Below are positions 38,179 through 51,300 of a DNA stretch of 64,000 nucleotides, in pieces (the stretch's first letter is position 1; every line of letters starts with the position of its first letter). The stretch comes from Zygnema circumcarinatum SAG 698-1b. Its lineage: Eukaryota > Plantae > Zygnematophyceae. Below the pieces are notes generated by a model. It was not told the DNA's origin and made no database searches. It saw only the letters and a program-made list of their open reading frames with translations. Location: NCBI GenBank assembly GCA_037447605.1, contig CM074812.1, positions 186,001 through 250,000 on the forward strand, written 5' to 3'. Position numbers and translations under genes: made by a program.

Positions 38179-41100
38179 ATGCCCGCCTCCTTCGCGCGCT
38201 CTCTCTCCTCTGGAGGGATACGAGGAAGCTCAGGAGGGGGAATCAGTCGGAGCAGATCGTGGCGGAGGATGCTGGACATTCAGCGGGACGCCATGGCGTC
38301 AAAAAAGGATGTTTCTGGGACCAAACAGACCTGGAGTCACAACTCCTTTTTTCAGTTCCTTCTCAAGCACGGCTACCTGCAAGTGGGTTGCCTCTCCTTT
38401 TAACCCTTTTTGAGATCTTGGCGAGGTGGGGCGCACTTATTTGAGCAGATATTTATTGGGGTGCTTTTAGATTTGGAAGATTTTGAAGTGTAGTTAGTGT
38501 TGAAGGTGCGTGAATGGGCGGAATGCAGGGCATGCTTGGGTTTAGCGTCGTCTTAGCTTCAAGATCAGCTTCTTCTCAGTGTTCTTCTTACATTTGTCGC
38601 CCTTTTTGGGGGTCCTGGGAACAGTGGGCGGTGCTTGGTTTCTGGATTATCTTCTGTATCAAGGTGAGGAGCTCACCGACCTCTAAACGGAATCCAAAAT
38701 ATTAACAGTTTAAGCCCCCTTTTTAGAGAAAGGCACAAACGGATCCATTTGAATAACATCAGAACTGATTTTCAGGGTTTGTGAAAGCGTCAGTCTGAAT
38801 TTTGAAGTGGGGTGTTGCCGAAGTTCCTGTTCCATGGGAGTGAACCAGGTCTAGTTCCAATAGCTAAACTGTAACGGAGTGATCTATGTCGGGACTGTAC
38901 CAAAATGCAGATAATGAAGGACTCGGCGGAGATGATGGATTCTAACTTGCGGGCTCTCTTCGTGTATGAAGCGTTCCTTTACTACAATCCCATCTTTATG
39001 ACGGTAGTGTTCACTTTTCCAACCTGACTACCAGAAATCTCTCTTTCAAAATCATGTCTTTATAACGCAAAAGAACAGGTTTATGTGCACTCGACAGGGG
39101 CTGGTGAGATCCAAAGCCAAGTAAATCTAGAATATGCGAAGGAGGATGATGTAGGAGGGAGAGTTTCAGGAGATGAGAGAAAGGAGATAGAGGAAAAAAG
39201 ACAATAGTGAATTCAGTAGACCCTGTTATAAATCGTGTTGACTGATCAAGAACAACCCATCCAAGAACAGGAGAAAATGAGCATTGCTAAAAGACCCGGT
39301 TGTGTGTGAGCCAACACCGGAAATTATTGCATGAAGATCCTTCGTGCATTCGATATCTGCTGCAGACTTTCTTCAGTAAAAGGCTCTAAAAGTCCATGCG
39401 GTTTCAAATTAAAAAAAAAGTGCTAAATTCCGGGTGCAGCCTGATTGGTGGAGCATGCGTAGGCATTCATGCTCTGGCTTTGGGGAGTCAACTTGTACGG
39501 ATTTTCACATTCACGAGTCAGCTACTCCAAAGTGTTCGATCTCGACCATAATCACTTGACCCATCGGGAAGTGTGGAAGGTGAGACGCCCATAAACCTAT
39601 CAAGATGTTGCGAGGTTTGTTTATTTGAAGCCTTTGCTAGGTGTTTGGAGGACCCCTTGTTTTTCCGTTCAATTCATGGGGTTGATGTGCTGCTGGACAG
39701 TGCCTAGTGCCTGTTGCGTATTGCGACTTTCCGTTCTATGTTGTTCCGCATTCCTCTATACTTTTCTATGTTCCTCCATACACGTTGTTCCACGTGGTAG
39801 AATGTTGATTTTGTTTTGTTCCATGTCCGCAGATTGCGATGGGGCTGACTGTGACAGTTGTCACGAGCATGACGGCGTACCTCTACCTTTACGCGCACGG
39901 CTCCGTCAGCTTGGCCGCCTCTCAGCCGGTGGGGGAGGGAGGGAGGGAGGGAGGGAGAGAGGGAGGGAGAGGGAGGGAGGGAGAGAGGAGGGAGAGAGGG
40001 AGGGATTGAGGGAGGAGGGAGAGAGAGGGAGGGAGAGAGGGAGGGAGAGAGGGAGGGAGAGAGGGAGGGAGAGAGGGAGGGCGAGGGGGCCCTAACTCTT
40101 TCGCTTCCTCTTTCGCTTGGACTGGGGTCACTTTCTGCTGTTCATTTCACTTTCACTTTTAGTAGGAATCACTGTGGGGTTTGGGGGTTATAGATAGGAC
40201 TATCAGAGCAACAATTGAGTTTCTTGACCTCTTAAGGCAGAGCATACGTTTTGGTATTAACCCGAGGATTGATTATGCGAATTGATTTTAAACAGTGAGA
40301 GGTTTGCGACTGACTCCAATCTTGTCCTGCAGGTTCTGCTCTACTGCGCCATTCCTTTGGTGTTGGCACTGCCCTTTGAGGTCCTTTATGCGTCCTCCCG
40401 ATTCTACTTTCTCAACACCATTTTCCGACTCACTTTTCCTTTGCAGGTGTGACAAGTGCGTTAGCCTTTCCTCCATGACTTAGAACCTTAGGACTCTGTT
40501 CTAACTCAAAGGGATTTTTCATGCATATTTTGAGTTCTGCGAAAGCGTTAGAGACTTGTCTGTATGCAGAGTGTTTTCGGACTCTTTTTTTTTCTTTTTG
40601 TGCATTTGCAGTTCTTCATCGTATTATTCGATCGGTCGATTAGGCCACAACTGAGTGGAAAAATGCGTGTATGGTGTTGACTTGCAGCCAATTTCGTTCG
40701 CTGATTTTTTCGTGGCTGATATCCTCACTTCGATGGCAAAGGTGTGTTGTCTTCCAAAGCTGCTTCGTACGACATTCACTTGAAAGATCTGGTCTTGCAT
40801 GAGCATGAAGAGAGGGAGACAGAATGACTGCGAGAGAGAGGGAGAGAGCTAGGGAAAAGCGCAAAAAATCACATGAATATTATCAGCAATATCCCTCCCT
40901 CGCAGTATCATCCAATCACCTCTTAATTTCTTGAAGGGAAGGACTTAGATGCTATGAGCAACCCAAAGGTTGAACCTTCCCATCTATAGGTCAGTTCATT
41001 AGCAAATTTAAAAGCTGCCAGTCTATCTGAAGGCTGGTCTGATTTACCTGCCAAGTTTTTTCCCTTCAGGTGCTTTCAGATGTGGAGCGATCAATCTGCC

Positions 41101-44100
41101 GAATGACAAATGGACAAGTGGGTCTGCCATGTGCCAATATCACCTTGTGTTTAAGGACATATGATATGGGTATTGTATAAATATTCATATACATTTATAT
41201 GTATTTTTTGTTTATTTTTGGAGATTGAGCTTCTGTCCTCATTCGCATGATACACTGTACATCCAGCAAGAAAATATTTCTTGCTTGCACTCTCTCCCTC
41301 TCTCTCTCTCTGTCCCTCTCTCTCCCCCTCGCTGCCCCTCTCCGTCTCCTCTCTCTCTCTCTCCCCTTATTTGTGTTATTTGGGTCAATATTTAACCCGC
41401 TGCTGTCCTTTTGCGTGTGGACAGGTGGCGACCATTGCTTGGATGGATGCCGATGATGTGTGCGGGAGCCACTCCCTCATGATCCCATGCATTTTGGCGT
41501 ATCCGTACGCTTGTCGTTTCTTCCAGTGCCTCCGGCAATACTCCGACACCAAAGAGAAGTCCTGCTTACTTAATGGTCCGTACCTTTCACTCTTCATTCT
41601 CTACTGTTTTCATTCTTTTCTTGAAACTTTTCCGGCATTCCGGGATTTGGCATGCAAAACTGTTGTTGCTTTGCAATCACTCCCCAGACATGCTCAGAGT
41701 CTTCATTTGCATGAGTAAGAGAAGCTAAAGGAACGAAGGACCTTGTCTCCTTAGTCGCATTCGTTTTTGAACGAGTTGGGTTCTCTACTTCACGCTCTAT
41801 GTGTTCAAAGCTCCTCGATCCATGTCGAATCAGGTCCTAACTGTAGCTATTGCAGGACACATAGCTTTTCTTCCAAGTAGTTTACGAATAGATAAAAAAA
41901 TATTTCATAGTCAGTGGAGGGTAACCGTAACGGTGCCGCTGTTCTATGTGGCGATCCCTGCAGCTCTGAAATACGCCACAGCGTTCCCCGTGATCCTCCT
42001 CTCCGCCACGAAGTACCACGTGTCCTTGGAGCGATGGCAGTCGTGGTATCGCCCGCTGTGGATAGCGAGCGGGATGCTCAACACGTGCTACTCCTACTAC
42101 TGGGATATATCGCGGGATTGGGACTTCGGGTGAGAGAAAGGGGGCAGTGGGCCCCTCCCCTCCCTCCCTCCCTCCCTCCCTCCCTCCCTCCCTCCCTCCT
42201 CCCTCCCTCCCTCCCTCCCTCCCTCCTCCCTCCCTCCCTCCCTCCCTCCCTCCCCTCCCTCCCTCCCTCCCTCCCTCCCCTCCCTCCCTCCCTCCCTCCC
42301 TCCTTCCCTCCCCTCCCTCCCTCCCTCCCTCCCTCCCTCCCTCCCTCCCTCCCTCCCTCCCTCCTCCCTCCCTCCCTCCCTCCCTCCCTCCCTCCCTCCT
42401 CCTCCCTCCCTCCCTCCCTCCCCTCCCTCCCTCCCTCCCTCCCTCCCTCCCTCCCTCCTCCCTCCCTCCCTCCCTCCTCCCTCCCTCCCTCCCTCCCTCC
42501 CTCCCTCCCCTCCCTCCCTCCCTCCCTCCTCTCCCTCCCTCCCTCCCTCCTTCCCTCCCCTCCCTCCCTCCCTCCCTCCCTCCCTCCCTCCCTCCCTCCT
42601 CCCTCCCTCCCTCCCTCCCTCCCTCCCTCCCTCCCTCCCTCCCTCCCTCCCTCCCTCCTCCCTCCCTCCCTCCCTCCCTCCCTCCCTCCCTCCCTCCCTC
42701 CCTCCCTCCCTCCCTCCCTCCCTCCCTCCCTCCCTCCCTCCCTCCTCCCTCCCTCCCTCCCTCCCTCCCTCCCTCCCTCCCTCCCTCCCTCCCTCCCTCC
42801 CTCCCTCCCTCCCTCCCTCCCTCCTCTCCCTCCCTCCCTCCCTCCCTCCCTCCTCCCTCCCTCCCTCCCTCCCTCCCTCCCTCCCTCCCTCCCTCCCTCC
42901 CTCCCTCCTCCCTCCCTCCCTCCCTCCCTCCCTCCCTCCCTCCCTCCTCCTCCCTCCTCCCTCCCTCCCTCCCTCCCTCCCTCCCTCCCTCCCTCCCTCC
43001 CTCCCTCCCTCCTCCTCCCTCCTCCCTCCCTCCCTCCCTCCCTCCCTCCCTCCCTCCCTCCCTCCCTCCCTCCCCTCCCTCCCTCCCTCCCTCTCCCTCC
43101 CTCCCTCCCTCCCTCCCTCCCTCCCTCCCTCCCTCCCTCCCTCCCTCCCTCCCCTCCCTCCCTCCTCCCTCCCTCCTCCTCCTCCCTCCCTCCCTCCCTC
43201 CCTCCCTCCCTCCCTCCCTCCCTCCCTCCCTCCCTCCCTCTCTCCCTCCCTCCCTCAGCTGCCTGTTCTCTCTCTCCTTGCGCCTCCTCCGTTCTCTTCC
43301 TTCCTCTGCCTCTCCCTCCTCCTGCCATATCCGCCTCTTCGAAGCCCTGAAGTGTCGGTGACATCTTTGCGATCGTTCGTGGCTGAGTGGGGGATGGCTC
43401 TATCTATGTTACTCAGGCTAAGGCTGGACTGACTGACTGACTGACTCACTGACTGACTGACTAACTCACTGACTGACTGGCTCACTGACTGACTAACTTA
43501 CTGACTGACTGACTGGTTGACTGACTGGCTCATTGACTGACTGATTAACTCACTGACTGACTGGCTGGCTGACTGACTGACTCATTGACTGACTGACTAC
43601 CTCACTGACTGACTGACTGGTTGACTGACTGTCTCACTGACTGACTCACTCACTCACTGACTGACTGGCTGGCTGACTGACTGACTCATTGACTGACTGA
43701 CTACCTCACTGACTGATTGACTGACTGACTCCATTGGAGCCGGCCGGGGGCGGTGGTGGTTTGCAGATGCTTTTCGGGGAACTGCAACGCGAGGAACCCT
43801 CTCCTGCGGCCCAACTTGCATTACAACCGGAGATGGGTAATTATTGCTCATTATGAGGAGGGCTATGATTGAAAACCTAAAAGAACAAAAAATAAAAATA
43901 GAATCACAAATAGAAGTGGGCCTGCAATTTCTTTACGCTGTTTCCATGCTCTAGCTGGGTTTTCTCTCTCTCTCTCTTAATCTCTCTCCCCCTCTCCCCC
44001 TGTGCAGGTCTACTATTGGGTCATGTGTTCAAACCTTTTGCTGCGCATTTCGTGGACTTACAAGCTCTCCTCTCACCTCAGAAATAACTTCGCCACAGTC

Positions 44101-44304
44101 TTCACTGTGGCGGCTTTGGAGATGTTTCGGAGGTTTCAATGGATCTTTTTTCGGGTCGAAAATGAATGGAACAAAATGACGATAAAGGCGGCGCAGTCAG
44201 GTGTCAATTTGTCGGACATGGGAGGAGGGGGAGACAGAGAGAGGGAGAAGGAGGAGGCAGTGCCTCTCATCTCTCCTTCAAAGGAGCCGCTCCGCTCCGC
44301 GTAG
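38179..44304 (+). CDS. EXS (ERD1/XPR1/SYG1) family membrane protein without SPX domain, multi-exon
   Basis: [51 protein letters not shown]|[63 protein letters not shown] and [18 protein letters not shown]. The first exon (38179) is tentative. Confidence 0.92.
39931..40085. repeat. intronic (GGGA/GAGA)n purine tract
   Basis: Follows the donor after the ...LAASQP exon. Confidence 0.9.
42152..43256. repeat. ~1.1-kb (CCCT)n polypyrimidine microsatellite in an EXS intron
   Basis: Almost only C and T. Lies inside intron 42130-43766. Confidence 0.97.
43427..43730. repeat. ~300-bp degenerate (GACT)n microsatellite in the same EXS intron
   Basis: gact/cact/ggct units. Confidence 0.95.
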
Positions 44305-45978
44305 TAGGTCGGTGGTGATAGTAGGTCGGTGCGAATGTGGATAAGGGCAATTGGGGTTAAGAGAAGCATGCGAGAGTGGGTGAATTTTTTTGTACGATTT
44401 AAAAAAAAACGAAAAGGAAAAGAGCGCAGGTGCCAAAGGCTGGCGCAGGAGGTAGTGCAGATTTCATTAGGGGAGGGATTTGAGGGCTTTAGGGTGTAGG
44501 AGATATGGAAGCAGGCAAAGGCCCGGATGTTCTATGTTCTCAGTTTTAGGGTTTTTTTTCTTTTGGAGGGTATTCATGATTTTATGGCAGAGGAGAGAGT
44601 AGGAGGCGACGTACTGAACACGCCATTTTTGGCTGTCATAGTCCGTAACCATTTTATTGGGGGGGTGGGGGGGGGGGAGAGGGGCCATTTTGAGGGCACC
44701 CCAATGGGCATTTTAAATTGGTTCAATTCACACATTTCTGTTTTCCCTTCATGGTTTGTATGACTTGTTCCCCGTCTTGTAACGCCACGTCTTGTTATAC
44801 ATTGCATCCGCTTTAGCTTTGGTACGTTAAGTATGGGCTGCTCGATAGTTTGCAAATTCAGTCAGATTTGTCTATTAAAAAACGTGGCAGGTTTGGCCAG
44901 TGCTGAGACTGGTACACGTGGCAGACATCTAGCAATCTTCTGACACGTGGCAGCGAGCCAGCAAGCACCAGGACATTCATCGATTGGAAGCCAATTGGCT
45001 CTTTCTCCCATCGGATGCGCTCATATGATCACAAATCTGTGGGACCCCCTCCACAAAGCATCTCAAGATGAGACTTTCCCTCGACCTGCATTTAACATTG
45101 CACACACGACGCTTCCCAAATGACGATGTGTCCCGAACTTGCATGCCTTCAACATTACATGTCACAACTAGGGACAACTCGAGTTTGACCGCATTTTAAC
45201 AATTTAAAGTACATTTACATCGATGCGTAGATGTATGTCAAGGCATGACATCATCACAGGCGTACTTGAACATTGCTCATTGGAGATAGTAGTAAAACAT
45301 CATCACCACACGCTATTACTCTTTGTTGGACGGTATTGTATCGACCAGCATGATATCTCAGACAACCGGTAAGTCAAAATTTCATATGAATTAATGCCAC
45401 ACAAATGTACACAAGTAGTACTACTAAGGGACCAATATGCGCCCGCCCGCTCGCTCGCTACTTCCGAGTCTCCCGCTCAGAGCCACTCGACCTCTTCTTG
45501 ACGTCGCAATCGAACCAGTGATCGCCATCAAACCTTCCTAAGATGCTATTTACACTATGCGCAGCCTCTCCCTTCCTGCTCTCTTTCTCTCTCTCTCCTT
45601 CGGATTGACGCGATTTACAGCACGTAAATCCTTCCGAGTGTGCATCTCTCAGAGGCGCAACCGCCGCAGTGATCCGACAACGAATGGTTATCGCATCATC
45701 GCCAACAACAACAACATGGCGACCTCACGAGTCATGAGGCCCAAGTCCCCAAACAACAACAAGAGGGAGCGTGACAGATGTCACGTCACGCTTTGGTCCT
45801 GAAGACGACGCAGCGGCGCGCGGCGGCGAACAAGCGCTCGTCGTCGGGCGGGACGTTGTACGCCAGCGCGGGGCCGTACGGCACACGGAACGCCGTCACG
45901 GGCAACAGTACGCACCGGCCCGCATAGAACGCCGCGCCGGGCGCCGCCTGGAAGGGCCGCGCCTGCAGNNNNNNNNNN

Positions 45979-46598
45979 GAACCTTTCCCCCACCTCTGCC
46001 CTTCCTCACAGCACTCCCTACGAGGCCTGGCAGGGCGGCAAGCCCTCCGTCTCCCACCTCCGTATTTTTGGCTGCGAGGCCTGGTACAAAGATCTCGTCC
46101 AGTCGTCTGGCAAATGGGGACCGCGGGCCGTACGCGGCATTTTTCTTGGCTACGCGCTTACGTCCAAGGCCTATCGTATCTGGTGTTGTGCGACAAATCG
46201 AATTGTACTTTCGCGCGACGTCGCATTTAATGAGGCTCCTCTCGTCGCGCGGCTTCATTCGCCACCGCCCACGGCCGTACACCCGCCGACTTCCTCCCCG
46301 CCGAATCCCAATCTTGCGCCGTACGATTCCCCCACCTACGTGACCGTTGGATATCATTCCCCTCCCCCCCCCGCGGCCGCTCCCCCATTGGCCGCCGACA
46401 TTCCTTTTGTCCCGCCCCCGGTCGCCGCTCCCCCTTCCCCTCCCTTCGGTGTCCCTGCGTCCCCCTCCGTCGACCCCCCTCCCCCCGCTCCCCCCCCCTC
46501 CCCCTCGTCCTCTCTGCTCGACCCTCCCTCTTCTGTTCAGAGGGAGCTTTCCACCTCACCCGAGCCGGACGCGGACCCCTCCCCTCCGCCTACAGACC
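45979..46598 (+). mobile_element. Ty1/copia LTR-retrotransposon Pol fragment (end of integrase, SH3-like domain, Pro-rich linker)
   Basis: Open frame from 45980: NLSPTSALPHSTPYEAWQGGKPSVSHLRIFGCEAW...KWGPRAVRGIFLGYALTSKAYRIW...RIVLSRDVAFNE. This is the copia TPYExWxGxKP-HLRxFGC-FLGY-KAYR-SRDVxFxE signature. It is bounded by two 10-N gaps. Confidence 0.9.
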
Positions 46599-46608
46599 NN
46601 NNNNNNNN

Positions 46609-46711
46609 GGACATTGTACACTTTACCACGTTAATCACACATCTGTCTTTTTGTGTCAACTCTCTCTGTCCTCACTTTGATCGTACAATGTCCACTCCGT
46701 CTTTTTCAATA
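46609..46711 (+). mobile_element. probable 3' end of the element's LTR (ends ...TTTTTCAATA)
   Basis: Sequence absent from arm 1 that abuts gene sequence without a gap. Contains an 11-bp inverted repeat, GGACATTGTAC (46609) / GTACAATGTCC (46683). Its link to the copia fragment crosses a gap and is inferred. Confidence 0.5.
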
Positions 46712-48358
46712 CCCTCCAGGCTGCGCATGCAGGCAGGCCCCCCCCGCTCCACTGTCAGTCGGACCCTCCCGGCCATCAAAAGCGGCGGCGATGCATCCAA
46801 AGCGTCACGAAGCCCGCGTCCGCGTCACGTCACATTGCAGCGCTGCGATGCCGGCCTGCGCGCCTACCTGATGACGGGCAGCGATGCCGCGTAGCCGTCA
46901 AAGTAGAAGTCGCAGTACTGCGTGGGGCTGCTCGGACACTCCGTGAACTCTCCCGCCAACGCTGCACCGTCGTCGCTGCTCGCCTTGAGCGTCCTTAACG
47001 GCCGCCCAGCTGCCGCGTGGCGGGCTGCGAGGAGAAGCATCGCGAGGGTGAAGAAGCGCGCCTGAAGCTTGGCCGCCATGGCGGGCGGTGTGCGCGCTGA
47101 GAGGAGGGAGGGAGGGGGGGAGGGAGGGAGGACGCTGCGCCGGAGAGCGAGATAGAGGGCGAGGGCGAGGCGGCGCTGCTCTCTCTCTCTCTCTCTCCCC
47201 CTTTTGTGCGCCGCGCCGCCCTGCCGACGGAAGTCAACGCACACGTGCGAGGGAGGGGCAGTCGGCGGACGCGGTGGCACAGCGGCGCGTGCGAATGTCG
47301 GTGTGCGCCACGTGGCGCCGCGCCTGACTCCGGGCCGGCGCGGCGGCCGCGGGCGGGCGCGGGTCGGACCGGAGCGGACCGGACCGACGGGAAGCGAAGG
47401 GAAGGGAAGGACCCGCGAACTAACGAACGAAGGCGGAAGGCGGCGACTGGCGGCGGCGCGGTAATAATAGTAAATTATTATTGCTATGGCGTCGTCCTCC
47501 AACTTCTGAAGCAGCTTTAGGGGGTGAAGGGGCGCCGCGGCGCTGTTTGGTGCCGTTGTACGGCGCGGCCTTTGTGGAGGGTTCAGGGCCCCCGTGCCAT
47601 GGCGCATATCGGGAAGCTCCCGAACTCCGGCCCCCGGTCCCTACCGCCAGCATGAGGGTCAACGGGGGGGGAGGGGGCGCATACGGAGTCAACGGTGGAG
47701 CCCGCAGGCTCCGTTAGACGCTGGCATTGTCCGGCCAAGGAGGGTTGCATTTGAAAAGAAAAGGGTAGACTTTCTGTATCGGTCTTTTTCATCGGCGATC
47801 TTTCGCTGCTGTTTCCAGACTCTAGAGCCGCGTTGTGGTGATTGTTGTTGTCGAGTCTGGGAGCAGCGTTCAGGTCATAGGATCGTAGCTTTTCTCTTTC
47901 GTCCGTCCTACGTTCGTTTGTGACCGATCGATTGGTTGCTCGTGGTTTTCCATGTTGTTTTTGGTCATATCGTGAGACCAATACCAGTTCTGTAAATTTT
48001 GCTCGTTTGGAACAGCAGTAGGGAGTGGCACGATGCCCGTTTCCGCGTTAAGTGGAACCAATCAGAGCTTGCGCCATTCCATCACTGTTGACGTGGCACA
48101 CTCTTATTGGACATGGGATACAATTAACAGGGTTAGTTGAGTTGCTTCCCTGTTCAGAAAAGCATAATTGCGATGATAACGAAAAGAAGCGACAAAAAAA
48201 TTATAACCGGAGCAGCCATCCAAGCACGCTCCAAATTTCAAACGACCGCTTCGATCATTCATTTGACGAAAAAACTTTGCACAGAAAAATGCTGCGGCCG
48301 TATTTGTAGATGGTGTGGGCCTAGTCCTAAGTGGGTGCCCGTAGCGCACATTAGGCCG

Positions 48359-51300
48359 CTACTCCACCCACGCCAATGTGCCCACAAGGAGGACATTGCT
48401 CGGGAGGGGACCGGGACTCGGGGCGACGTAAGTGAACTTCCGTCGACTGATGTCGACATCGGTCACATAGATGAACCCAGCGACGTTTCTGTGACCACCC
48501 CCCCCTCAATGCCACACCCAAAATCCAAAAAATGAATACCCAAATCCCAAATATTCAATCAATTCACGTGAATGAACTAGCAAAAGAATCCCATACGTAA
48601 ATCAAGCTCCATCTGTTAAAAAAAAAGAAGCAAGAAAAAACGCAAAATAGTACAAGTTTCCTACTGGAAACCTCCCGACTCTGAACTGATGCTTGGAAAG
48701 AAATTCTTGTCACTTAGACCCCCCAAAAAGCTAACAACCCTAGAAACCCCAAACCCTAAAAACCCTAAAAATCCTCACCCTCACCTCGAAAGGACTTGAT
48801 CTGCCTCCTTTGCGTACGAAACCGCGAGCACTGCATGCACGAGGTCCCGTGATATCGCGACAGGTGTCGGCCTCGTGGGGTTCGCCTGCGACTCTGCGCC
48901 AATAGGAAGCGCCGACCGGGGCGCCTGTGGTCCCCCCCCCAGTCTGAACACCTGAACGTCGCTAAAACTCGCCACTGAAGCGTGGGGAGAAAGCTCGCCT
49001 GCAGGGCCGTAAAAATAGTCCTGCAAGGGGTCCGAGTTTTCAGATTTTTTGGTTTTGGGGCTAAGGGGGGATGTGAGGTTGAATTTGAGTTTTTTTTTGG
49101 GTTTTTTGGGTTTTTAGGGTTTTAGGGTTTGTCTCACCCTGGTTCGATTTTGGCGAGACTTTTGGCGGTATTTGGAGCTGCGAGCGACGATTCCTCCAGA
49201 CCTCTCGAGCTTGACCACATCCATGGCGGGGCGCGACTTGAACTTGTCGTGTAGCATGCTGAACAGGCGGTCCTGGAGAAGCCTTTCCATGTGGGTTCAG
49301 AGCGTTTTCTCTCAGTTTCAGTTTGACGGCGTGAGAGGGAGGAGAAAGGTGGGGTGGTAGGAAGCATGGGAGGGACAGGGATGAGGGAAGGGATGAGGTA
49401 GAGGAAAGACGGGGGAGAGAGAGGTAGAGAAAGTGGGGGAAGGAGAGGGAGAGAGAAGTAGAGAACGTGGGGGAGGGAGAGGGAGATAGAGGTAGAAGAG
49501 TGGGGGAGGGAGAGGGAGAGAGAGATGGTTGGCGAGCAAAAGAAAGAATGGGAGGATGGTAGGAGAGCAGGAAGGGAAGAGAGAGGCAGGAGAGATGATC
49601 TTCAAGATTCTGAACTTATAATCATCCAAAAGAGGCAAAGGTTATTTTTCAAAAGGATAAGGAAAGCACCTGACCAAGAACCAACACCACGTTGATTTTC
49701 AAAGTCTCGATAGAATACAACAGCAACTGCAAACATACCCCAACAACCAAAATCATCAGATTCTTTCAAGTTTCTTAGTTTCTTCATCACAGCATCCTCC
49801 TGCCAATTGTCATCATCTGCATCATCAAGCAATTTCAACCTGAATTGAACATAGAAAAGGCTTTTCCGTTCAGTTCACCTCGTACCCGAGCCCTTCCACC
49901 CACCCCATGGTGTTGACGAATAGCCCGCTGCCACGTGTCTCCTTGCTTGCTGCCAACTGGGAGTCCAAGAGCGCCCCCAACTCCTTCACTTGAACCTTAT
50001 AAAGCTCCGGATTCACGCTGCCCCCCAATACCCCATTTATACCCATCCTTTCCTATCAGCACTCCAAAAAATCCACTTACTGCTTGCGTTTCCTAACCCC
50101 AAAACAACCCTAAAATTACAATCGTTTCTTTCGAGCACCCCAACTTCTTCCACTTAAACACTCTCTCCTTCCGAAATCTCATCACAGCAACAAACCAGCA
50201 AACAATCATTATTAATTTTCTTTCTTTATTGCCCCTACCTCGGCGTAACGTGCCCATAAAAGAAGAGAAGGAGAGCTTCTTGAAGAATCCCATCAGTGGG
50301 ACTAATGGGACTCTCTATAGGAGTAGCTCCCATACATCCTGGAATTCCAAGCGATCCTTGTCCTATGTCCAGGTCAGCAAAGAGAGGGGTCCAACCCAGG
50401 CGAGCAGCGTAACTAAGAAGAATTTTTACAAGGGTCGTTTTTCCGCTGTCGGTGGGGCCCACCACAATGACACGTGGCCCCTGCCCATTGGCCGAGAGGA
50501 AGGAGGGAGGGAGAGCGCATAGGATGGCTGTGAGGGTTTGTGTAAGAAATTTGGGATTTTGGGGTGGTCCGGAAATGAGAATTTTTTAGGGAGTTGATAA
50601 AGCAGGCTAATAGTTCGGCTTCTTAGTTATTTTTTTGTTTTGCATTGAGGATTCCTAGGGCTGTAAGGGCAGTAAGGTATGCATGTTTTATACTTTTGCG
50701 GGAAAGTAGGGTAAGAATCAACAATAAAATGAAAGCAGCTGGAGAAGCAATTGTACCTCCTTTGGAGGGGCTGCATTCTCGCTTCCTTCCTCTTCTTCGG
50801 CTGCTTTTAGCGCTTCTCTCCTCCTACTCTCCAAAGCCGCATGCACATTGAGGTAGCTCACCATGCAATGCTGCAAAGGGACGAAATTCCGAAGTGACCA
50901 TTTATTGGCAGAATGTTTAGTGTTCTATAAACACGGAAAAACGCAAGAAAACCCACGGCTTAAATTCTGTAAAGTTACGGCTTGACTATTATAAAGTTAA
51001 GTCAGAATTCTTCAGGTTCACAGTTCAGCTCTCTCACCCCCTTCTCAACGTAAACGACTTCGGGAGTGCCATCAAGCTCCAACTTTGCGCCATGCCATGT
51101 GAATACCTGCACATCCGACCTTGACAAGTCAACACCATAAGCCTGGTTCAGTCGTGTTTCTATCCTTATCTTATTCTTAAATACAGTGAACTTATCCCTA
51201 ATCCCAATTCTGTATACCCTATCAAAAACAGAACCATAACGAACCCCTACACTGACACAACAGGCCTTACACTATTCCTGTTGCAATTTACACGTCAATT

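Larger units (their letters stand above)
45786..47079 (-). pseudogene. second copy of the dumbbell HRGP gene, apparently disrupted in exon 2
   Basis: ATG at 47079. Exon 1 and intron 1 are intact. Homology stops 9 nt into exon 2 (46712), where foreign sequence begins with no gap. The 3' end of exon 3 and the stop codon are at 45786-45968, and the middle is unassembled. Confidence 0.7.
45373..47459 (-). repeat. arm 2 of the inverted duplication of 20347-22661 (interrupted by gaps and foreign sequence)
   Basis: Reverse-complement identity to arm 1 at 45373-45968 and 46712-47459. Confidence 0.95.

Noticed and set aside
41914-43364. Long 404-478-aa ORFs (PPSL / GREG repeats) on both strands
   Set aside because: They are translations of the intronic (CCCT)n tract, which lacks stop codons. 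Only 41968-42129 is a real EXS exon.
46340-46598. Pro-rich stretch as the missing Ser-Pro rod of gene copy 2
   Set aside because: It is on the opposite strand to the gene and continuous in frame with the copia Pol motifs.
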